NCBI RefSeq assembly: GCF_009914755.1
Contig: NC_060943.1
DNA length: 64,000 bases
Reading direction: 5' to 3' (one strand)
DNA from: the human T2T-CHM13v2.0 reference genome, Homo sapiens
Made by a program: the position numbers and the translations under genes. The notes under the pieces were generated by a model that saw only the letters and a list, made by a program, of their open reading frames with translations, had not been told where the DNA came from and searched no databases. Shown one piece after another: positions 45,141-64,000 of this stretch. The number at the start of each line of letters is the position of its first letter. Within the stretch, counting starts at the first letter, position 1.

Positions 45141-45841
45141 AAGCAAGTTCCCAACTTTTTTTCTCAAGATTACCCCTAGAGGAGAGATGGGCATATTAGG
45201 TTGGGCTGACCTTTTCCACCATCCACAAGTGGGCGTCTGAGCGTATCCTATGTGCTGGGTAGAGTGACATATGAGACTATCCCTGCCCCATGGAGCTGAT
45301 GCAGAAGAGAAGTGGTTAAGAAAAACATGCACACAATGAGTGAATCTGTTGCAGGTGTGATGCCTTCTCAGCTAGGAAGACAATGGCTTTGAGGGGCACA
45401 CAGCAGGTCGTGTTAACTAGTCCAGGGCCTGGGATACCCCCTACTTCAAGTCAAGTTCCCACAGATGAGGGGGAGAAATCTGGCCAGTGGGGAAAGAACT
45501 TTCCAGGCTGAGAGTGGCCATGACAGAGAGCTTGGGACTGAAAGAGGGCTTGGCAAATTCAAGAAATGACATGGTGTCACCACTGGGATTTGGATGGTGA
45601 GGTTCAAGCAGCAAGTCATGAAGCCAGAGTAGGCAGGGGCCATGACATACAACTTTACAAAAAATGAATTTATTTATTTTTATTTTTGGAGACAGGGACT
45701 TATTCTGTCACCCAGGCTTGAGTATAGTGGTGCAACAACAGCTCACTGCAGCCTCAACCTCCTGGGCTCAAGCGATCCTCCCACCTCTGCCTCCTAAGCA
45801 GCTGGGACTACAGGTGTACAACAACATATTCAGAAAATTAA

Positions 45842-45988
<147 letters not shown>

Positions 45989-46196
45989 TGATTTACTTTA
46001 TTTTTCTCTTCTCCTCCCAGCTTTCTGGTACTAATTTGGGTTCCTCAAATTCTGACTTAGAGATCACTATTCTCTTCTTGCACCTTGTTTTCTTCTGTGC
46101 TGGCACATAAAAGCTGTCAGGGCATGAACAGCAAAGAACAGGCAGTGGTTAAGTCCTTAGTATTTCACTTCACAAACATCAACTGAGCACTAATAA

Positions 46197-50860
<4,664 letters not shown>

Positions 50861-51036
50861 TATGACAGATGTTAGGGCGATGAGTGCTTAGGAGAAAGTT
50901 ACCACAGAGCAAGGGGAAAGGACGCGTCAGTGACATGGGGCTGGCGGGATGAAGGGAGTGGTGACATTTCTATCAGTAAAGGCACCTGCTCTTTACCACC
51001 TGGAAGGCAAACAGTTCAGTGTTAAAAGTGTTACAG

Positions 51037-52910
<1,874 letters not shown>

Positions 52911-55900
52911 GTGCAGAGAAATAGACATTTGAATAAAGACTGGGAGAAAGCAAGGGAAGCAAGAGAGTGAGCCATATGAATATGTCAGGGAAAACTCTAG
53001 GCAAATGGAACAGCCGGTGCAAAGGTCCAGCTGGTGCAAAGGTCCTCCTCCCGCTCTCCCCCTCACTCACTCTGTTCCAGCCACACCAATTCATCCGTGT
53101 TCTTCAAATGCACCAGGCTGGACCATGCATTTAATAGCTAGGCCATGCCTGGTGTATTTGAGAAACAGAGATGAGTTGGTGTGGCTGAAGCAGAGCGAGC
53201 AAGGGGGAGGGTGTGAGGGGACGAAGGCAGTGAGGTGATGGATGGTGCAGGGCTTTGTGGGTTGTGGAGAGGACTTTGGCTTTTTCTCTGAGTAAGGTGT
53301 GAGCCATGGAGGGTTCTGAGGGGAGGAGGGATGTAATCTGACTTGTATTAAAATATGATCTCTCTAGGGGGCAAGGCCGGAAGCTGGGAGATTGAGGAGG
53401 AGGCAACTGCATTGACGCAGTTGAACGCTGATAAGCCTGGACCAGGGAGGTTGTGCTGGATGCAGTGATAACGCTAAGACAAACTCCACCCTGCTTTAGG
53501 GAGAGACCACACCAATGAGTGAGTGAGAGATTCAACTACAAGTCCCTCTGACCCCAGGGATAGAGGAGGCAGGGATGAAAGAGGGAATGATTACAGCCTG
53601 GGGACAGCATTATCGCAGAGCTCATGTCCGGGGAGGCAGCATAGCACAGTCAGAACATCTCAGACGGGTTAAATCCTGGCCCTGCATTTTCTCATTGTGT
53701 GACCTTTCCCATTGCCTTAACTTGTTCAAGCCTCGGAAATGCAGATAATCTCACCACCCTGTGCAATCCCAGCTGGCTCCCAAGATGCATTACCTCACAG
53801 CCTCCTCCCTGGAAGGATAAGAAGGAATTAGGAGGAGAACAGGAAGATAAGGGAGGCTTCTCTGGCTAAGAAAGCCCTATGGAGGCAGAAGGCTCCACTC
53901 AGGGTATGTGGTAGGGGAGAGGTTGGGTAAGCTGGACAGTGGAGGCTGTCAACTAGAGGCTGGGTCTTGTCCTGTGGACAGTGAGAGTCATGTAAGGTTT
54001 TGGAGCAGGAAGGGATGTGATTAGGGTTGGCGTTCAGAAGACAAGCCTGACAGCTGAAAGGACAGATTGGTGGTGATGGAGCAGAAGTTAGGAGGGAGCC
54101 GCAAGAGCAGGCTGGTGTAATGAGGGCTGGAACTAGGACAAAGGCAGTGGGAGTACAAAAGAGGCCCCGGTTTATATATAGCTGCCATTGATTGCTGTGC
54201 TCCAGGGAGCCTGCCTGGGCTCATCAAATCCTCCCTGCATCCCAGCGGTTGGCAGTTTGAGGCCCATTTTACAGAGGAGGAAACTAAAGACCAGATAAGT
54301 TAATCCCACATGGAGGTTCCTACCACTGAGTAAGAACTCGAACCCCAGACCAGCCACAGGACTCCAGAATCCCAGTTCTCTACTGTGTCATCCTTCAACT
54401 CCTGTGACTAGTTGGGCGGGGTGAGGGGCAACGGTGGTGAAGAAAGAGAAGAATGGCTCTGGTTCTGAAAGGACCACGGAGTGATGTTCATTCATTTATT
54501 CAACAAGGATTTAGTGAGCACGTACTATGTGCCAGATATTCAGAGAGTGCCTAAAGATGCTACCAAGGACAAAGCAATAGTGGGAAAAGATATAGTATGT
54601 CAGACGGTGTGAAGTGCTATGGAGAACAATATGGCAGCCCCTAGGGCTTCCAATGGAAAGACTGAGTGTGGAGCAGGAGAGAGGTATCAAGGGTGACTCC
54701 AGGGTTTTGGCCTGAGCTAACTGAAGGATGAAGTTGCTGTCAATGGAGATGGGGAAGATGGAGGAAGAAGGTTTCAAAGATCAAGAACTGGGTTGTAGAC
54801 ATGTTGAGTTTGAGATGCCAGTTTTCCATCACTCCTTAGTTAAAATCTTCCAATGGCTTCCATCAGGCTTGGAGTAAAATTTAAAGTCTACCATGACCAC
54901 ATGACCTTGCGTGATGTGACTCCTGCTGACCACCTTGTCCCACAACACCCTGGCCACTCCGACTTCCTTTCTGTTCTGCCAGCAGGAAAAGCTCACTTTC
55001 TGCTTTATTGAGAATTTTTATATTGGCTGTCTCCTCTGCCGTCCCCATTCCTTCAACTCTCATCTTTTGCCTAGCTGGCCTCTTCGAATTCTTCAGGTTG
55101 AAACTCAGATTCTGCCTTCTCAGAGAGAACATCCCTCAACTTCCTAGCTAAAGAGATCCTGCCTCTTCACTCTCTGGAATTATATTGTTTGTTTGTTTGT
55201 TTATTTATTTATTTTTAAGACAGGATCTCACTCTGTCACCCAGGCTGGCGTGCAGTGCACAGTCACAGCTCACTGCGGACTTGACCTCTCAGGCTCAAGC
55301 AATCCTTCCACCTTGTCCTCCCAAGTAGCTGGAACTACAGGCATGCATTACCCTATCCAGCTAATTTTTAATATTTTTTTTGTAGAGACAGGGTCCCAGT
55401 ACGTTTCCCAAGGTGGTCTCAAACTCCTGGATTCAAGTGATCCTCTCATCTTGGTCTCTTAGTGTTTGGATGATAGGCGTGAGCCACCATGCCTGGCCGT
55501 ACTGTTTATTAAGTCGTATTTATTATTCATGCTTTCTTCTAGAATGTCAGCTCCACGAGGACAGGGGCTTTTTTTGTATAGCATCTTTCATGGCCTAGTG
55601 AGTACTCAATAAATATTGTGGTGGGTGAATAAGTGAGGTGTGGCAGAGGACAGGGTTATGGAAGACCAGATAACCCAGGGTAGATGAGTGAAGTGGAAAA
55701 AGCCAAGGGTCCCCAGTGGAGAGGGAGAAGACACAGACATGGGAGGAGACTGGTGTGGAGAATGGCATACCTGACAGTCAAGTTCAAAAGCATTTTGAGG
55801 CTGGGTGCGGTGGCTCATGCCTGTAATCTCAGCACTTTGAAAGGCCGAGGCAGGTGGATCCCCTGAGGTTAGGAGTTCGAGATCAGCCTGGCCAACATGG

Positions 55901-55916
55901 CAAAACTCCGTCTCTA

Positions 55917-56081
<165 letters not shown>

Positions 56082-56381
56082 TCAAGAAAACCCCCCAAAA
56101 ACAATAGCAACAACAAAAACACACAGAAATAAAGTATTTTGAGAAAGGAGAGGTCACTGGTCTCCAGGGCCGCACAGAGGTGAGTAAGAGTAAAGGATGA
56201 AGAATGCATTTCATACGGCATCAGGGTCACGTCAGTCTTGCGGGGGCTGATGGTTGAGGGAGAACAAGAGGAGAAGAACTGGAAATGTGAGCCTGGGTAG
56301 GAGAGGAGATTTTCAGGGTGGGAGAGAACTGAATATGGGTCAAGGGAGAGAAGTTGATGATGTATCTCTTGGCCTTTAGAG

Positions 56382-56560
56382 AGCTGCACCGCCCAATAAA
56401 GTAACCACTAGCCACACATAGCTATTTAAATACAGATTTAAATTCATTTAAATTAAATGAAAAATTCGCTTGTACCAGTCACGTTTTAAGTGCTCCCAAG
56501 CCACATGTGGCTGGTGCATACATACATACTTCATCAGTGCAGAAAGTTCCATTGGACTTT
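56382..56560 (-). mobile_element. MER3 (hAT-Charlie)
   Basis: gtaaccactagccacacatagctatttaaat...agccacatgtggctgg...cagaaagttccattggac. Confidence 0.7.
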
Positions 56561-56562
56561 GA

Positions 56563-56976
<414 letters not shown>

Positions 56977-57952
56977 TGAGATCCTACTGCCTTGGACTCC
57001 TGAGTAGGTGGAACTATAGGCCTAAGCCACTGTGCCTGGCTTTGCAAAATTTATTTTTATTTTTTATTTTATTTTTTAGAAATTTTCATCTGTTTTGTTC
57101 ATAGCATCTCCAGCACCTAAAGCTGTGCCTGGCATACAGTAGGCACTCAATAAATGTTTACTGAATGAATAATGAAGCAAAAATGTAGAAAAGTGTGGTT
57201 GATAATTAACAGAGTATATTCCAGAAGAGGTGGAAGGCTCAGTATTTAAAGAAGAGAGTCCAGGCGTGGTGGCTTATGCCTGTAATCCCAGCACTTTGGG
57301 AGGCTGAGGCAGGAGGATTGTTTGAGCTCAGGAGTTCAAGACCAGCCTGGGCAACATAAAGAGACCCCATCTCTACAAAAAATATAAAAATTAGCCGGCC
57401 ATGGTGGTACACTCCTCCAGCTGCTCGTGAGGCTAAGGTGGGCGGATCACCTGAGCCTGGCAGGTCGAGGCAGCAGTGAGCTGTGATTGTGCCACTGCAT
57501 TTCTGCCTGGGCAACAGAGTGAGACCTTGTCTCTTAAAAAAAAAAAAAAAAAAAGAAGAAGAATGGAAGACACAGTTGTCCATCCAAGAGCCACCACCAC
57601 TACCCGCCTTACTGGCAGAGCCCACCTCCCATCAAAGAGGCAGAAAATGCCTAATAGTCTCTTTTTCCCAAGATTCCTTGCAATAAGAGCACTTGTCACA
57701 TGACCCATTCGTAGGCCTAACAGGATCTGGGTGAAAAATCTGCTGGGTGCTTCTGGAAAAGGATTTTTTCCCCGTGAGATGAGTCACATGGTAAGAGACA
57801 GCCCTTCCTCTCCCTCTTCTTTGGCCGGATGCTTTTGTGTCTGTCTACGTGGATGGCTGGGTAAGTACCTTAGAACTGAGGCAGTCATCGGCCGGGCACA
57901 GTGGCTCACGCCTGTAATCCCAGCCCTTTGGGAGGCCGAGGCAGGTGCATCA

Positions 57953-58619
<667 letters not shown>

Positions 58620-59559
58620 TGAGCCACTGCGCCCGGCCTCCATTTTTATTTTCTTAATTGTAGCTAAGTCATATCAGAACCTGCTGATTAAAGGAGCCAA
58701 TATTCACTAAATGTATTCTCTTCCAGGTTGTGTGCTTGTTACTTTACATTCTGAGAGCTCATTTTATGCTGCTTACCAGGGACTTGTTCTATTCTCCCTT
58801 TCATTGATGGGGAAATTGAGACCCATGGGGTTAAACTACTTGTCCAGCTAACATGTGGTGCCTGCGTGCTACGTCTGGTTTTACCCATTCTACCATGCTG
58901 CTCCTGGTTAACTCTGCCACCCCACTCACCTTCCCCACTGGGACCTCAGCCAAACTCATGCCTTCACTAGCCTGAGCATGGGAAGGAGGTCAATTCTCTG
59001 CTGGTTGGAAGTCAGGATGTCAATAAATATTTACAGAGGAGCAACTACCATATGCCACTCAGAAGAGAGGGGAACATGTGCAAAGGCCCTGGGGCTGGAG
59101 AGACCTCATGAAGAGAAGTGAGGTTACCAGTTGAGAAGTGGAGGCAGAGGACAGGAGTTTGAGCCCAAGAGTTTGAGGCTGCAGTGAGCTACGTCACTAC
59201 AGCCAGTGCAACAGAATGACATCCTGCCTCTAAAAATTAAAACAAAATTAAAAAGATGACACAGAGGAATGTCTGCAAATCAGTGAGAATAACACAGCAA
59301 CCCCAATAGGAAAACAGGCCCAAAATGTGAATAGGCAGATTAGGGGAGTGAGAAGGAGAGGAGACAGGAGAGTGAGAAGATGTTAGCATGGTTAGAAAGC
59401 AGGGGAGGGGATGGGGATGTAGTGGCCCCCTAACCTCAGGTTAGATAAAGTACCTGCCTCTTACAGACTCAGGCCAAATATTTCTAAGATGGGTACCAAG
59501 GAGCAGAACCACTTCCCATACAGTCTATATTCTTGCCACTCCTAGGTTGGACTGAGTGA

Positions 59560-59754
<195 letters not shown>

Positions 59755-60208
59755 TGAGTAGCTGGGATTACAGGCACATGCCACCATGCCTGGGTAATTT
59801 TTGTATTTTTAGTAGAGACAGGGTTTCATCATGTTGGCCAGGCTGGTCTCGAACTCCTGACCTTAAGTGATCCACCTGCCTCGCCCTCGCAAAGTGGTGG
59901 GGTTACAGGCGTGAGCCACCCCCTGGCGAGAAAACTATTTCTGAAATTCATTTTCTGAATCTTCAAATGCAGAGTCAAGTTCTTTGCTCTCCTCAGGTTA
60001 CGGGATATCTTTACCTTTGGTCTGTATGACGCCTGTCTCTTGTTTATACCTTCATTCATTCATGCATTAATTCCCCTATATCTCTCTATACCCTACTTTC
60101 ATTCTTCTCCCTCCCAGAGACAACTGAGAGAATGTTTAATTTGGCCTTATAGGAGTGCATTCTCGCAAAAACACGTGCGATATTTTGAGTGTGTCTATTT
60201 TTAACTGA

Positions 60209-60590
<382 letters not shown>

Positions 60591-61131
60591 TAAAAGCCCC
60601 ATCCCGTAGTATCTGTCGGATATGCGGTCTGGAGCTCTCACTCATTCTGGTGCTCCATGGGTGCCGCTGTCACATGCCGCCTCCTGGTCTCCAGGAGGGA
60701 CACCAGGTGGCCTTCAGCTCCCCTTATATAGATGGTGCTGGAGTAAGCATTCTCGTACCTGCCCCTAACAGACCTGGTAAGAATGTCCCTGGGATGGATG
60801 CCTGGGGACATAAGCGCTGATGGTGCTGGACCTCACTGGACTGAGTACTACCGATATGTCTCCAGAGTGGCCTCCCTGGGCCACACCCCTTTGAGTGGTG
60901 CAAGACTTTCCTCTGTGCCCGCATCGCTGGAAACCCTTGGCTTATTCACATATTTTTTCCCCAATATTAAAGGTGTACAGAGATACTGCTTTCATTTCCA
61001 TCTTTCTGGTTACAAATGACTTTGAGTACCATGTCATAGGCTGATTAGCTTTTCAGACTTCACTTCCCTGATCCGCCTGTTCACATTTTCGGCCTGTTTT
61101 CCTATTGGGGTTGCTGTGTTATTCTGGTTGA

Positions 61132-61659
<528 letters not shown>

Positions 61660-61805
61660 TAAAATGTTGGTAGAGATGAGGTCTCTCTGTTTCCCAGGCT
61701 GGTCTCAAACCCCTGGCCTCCAGTGATCCTCCCACCTTGGCCTTCCAAAGCACTGGGATTACAGGTGTGAGCCACTGCACCCAGACCCTCATGTAGCCTT
61801 GATCA

Positions 61806-62010
61806 ACACTGTCTGACAGAACTTTCTGGATGATAAATCTGTTCTCAATCTGTGCTGCCAAATATGGTAGCCACTAGTCACCTGTGGGTTTTGAGCACTT
61901 AAAATGTGGCTAGTGTGAATGAAGAACTGAGTTTTAAATTTCATTTAATTCTAAATCATCTAAATTTAAAATGACCACACAGTGCTAGGGACCTCTATAA
62001 CAAACAGCAG
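61806..62010 (+). mobile_element. MER3 (hAT-Charlie)
   Basis: agaactttctggatgat...ggtagccactagtcacctgtg...gagcacttaaaatgtggctagtg. Confidence 0.75.
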
Positions 62011-62172
62011 TTAGAAGTTAACCCCTGATCAATTTTTTTTTTATGATTCTATCCACTATTTACCATGTGCTAATTCCTATTCTAAATGATTTATAAATAT
62101 TAACTCATTCAAAACTCACAACAATTCCATAGGTAGATACTATTTTCTCCATTTTATTGACGAGGAAACTGA

Positions 62173-62465
<293 letters not shown>

Positions 62466-63372
62466 TGACCAAGATGGTCTCGATCTCCTGACCTCGTGAT
62501 TCGCCTGCCTCGGCCTCCCAAAGTGCTGGGATTACAGGCATGAGCCACCGCACCTGGCCCCAATTGCATCTTTATTTGAACAAATATCTTAGTTTTCATG
62601 TAATCATGTCTTTTTTTGCCTTAGAGTTTGTGCTTTACAAGTTCAGTGGAGGAAGTCCTTCTCCCTTCCTGGGTTCACAGCTATTCTCCAGCATTTTTTT
62701 TCCTTTAATGTAAAGTTCTCCCCACTCACAGAAGGTCCTCCCAAGCTCCTTAACCTTCTACATGGAGAGCAATTCTTCATTTTATTTGTCTTTTAAAGTA
62801 AAGGATTGAACAAAAGGACATGTTTCTATTTCGGGTGGTTTCTGAAGCCCTCTTAAAGTACAGTGTTTTCTTAAATAAAGAGGAGTAGGAACAGAGGCAA
62901 AAACCCCATAAGGTGGTGAGGTAAGTGATTCTAGAAGAGACAGGAGCTCGAGAGGGATGAGAGCTCTGGAGAAGTCAAGAAGGGGAAATTGCCGGGTGCG
63001 GTGGCTCACATCGGTAGTCCTAGCACTTTGGGAGGCTGAGACAGGAGGATTGCTTGAGTCCAGGAGTTCAAGACCAGCCTAGGCAACAAAGTGAGACCTG
63101 TCTTTACCAAAAATGAAGAAATTAGCCATGGCCGGGCGTGCTGGCTCACACCTGTAATCCCAGCATTTTGGGAGGCTGAGGCAGGAGGATTGCTTGAGCC
63201 CAAGAGTTCAAGACCAGCCTGGGCAACATGGTGAAACCTGGTCTCTACAAGAAGTACAAAAATTAGCCAGGCATGGTGGCTTGTGCCTGTAGCCCCAGCT
63301 ACTCGGGAGGCTGAGGTGGGAGAATCGCATGAGCCCGGGAGGTCAAGGCTGCAGTGAGCTGTGATCATGCTA

Positions 63373-63636
<264 letters not shown>

Positions 63637-64000
63637 TTAGTGAAGGCCAGTGCATTCACAGTCATGAGTGTTTTGAAGGGTACTGTTGCGAGACCTTGCC
63701 AATCACCAGGGCTAGAGGAGGTGGTGAAAGAGAAAACTCTCCTTGAGAGGCTGGAATGAGAAGATAATGTGACTTGGGCAGGTGGAGGCAGGATGTCTTC
63801 CAAATAGAGGTGAGAACATAGTGTCAGTGGAGATGGGAGAGCCAATGGATGAATCCAATTGATGGAGTGAAGCTCTTGAGGAAATGAACAAGTGCATTAC
63901 ATTTGAATTCCCAGACATTCAGTGGGATCCTGCTACAGGAGAGGCACTCCAGGAGCAAAATAAAAACAAACTCTCATTCACAGGTGGTGGGAGTTTTAAC

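Noticed and set aside
60640-60835. Several RE1 half-site-like words (ggtgctgga, gcgctgatggtgctgga)
   Set aside because: No correctly spaced GGACAG half; they lie in degraded L1-like sequence and are consistent with chance.

Overview
Human (primate) genomic DNA lying entirely inside the minus-strand gene CACNA1A (CaV2.1, P/Q-type Ca2+ channel alpha1A). Seven coding exons (canonical exons 4-10: 92, 153, 194, 104, 116, 57 and 90/93/96 nt) splice in frame. They encode domain I S3-S6, the P-loop (TMEGW) and the I-II linker with the AID motif. The rest is intron, dominated by more than 60 Alu/FLAM copies plus L1/L2/MIR, MLT1/LTR16/LTR33 LTRs, a near full-length Tigger1, Tigger3a, MER85, MER58A, MER20, MER3/MER33 and microsatellites. 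Nearly all ORF-track entries are Alu or chance ORFs. I see no new gene, RNA gene or prokaryote-type system. The best second-look signals are (i) the non-canonical TG/TG/AG triple acceptor of exon 10, and (ii) five local copy events of different ages: a micro DUP-INV-DUP hairpin at 2.5 kb, 84/164/94-bp dispersed copies at ~85/92/100% identity, and a 358-bp Alu-Alu tandem duplication. Also notable are (iii) an intact MER85 carrying the CSB-PGBD3 palindrome, and (iv) an AT-rich minisatellite grown from an Alu tail inside Tigger1. Repeat family names come from remembered consensus sequences, and repeat boundaries are approximate.
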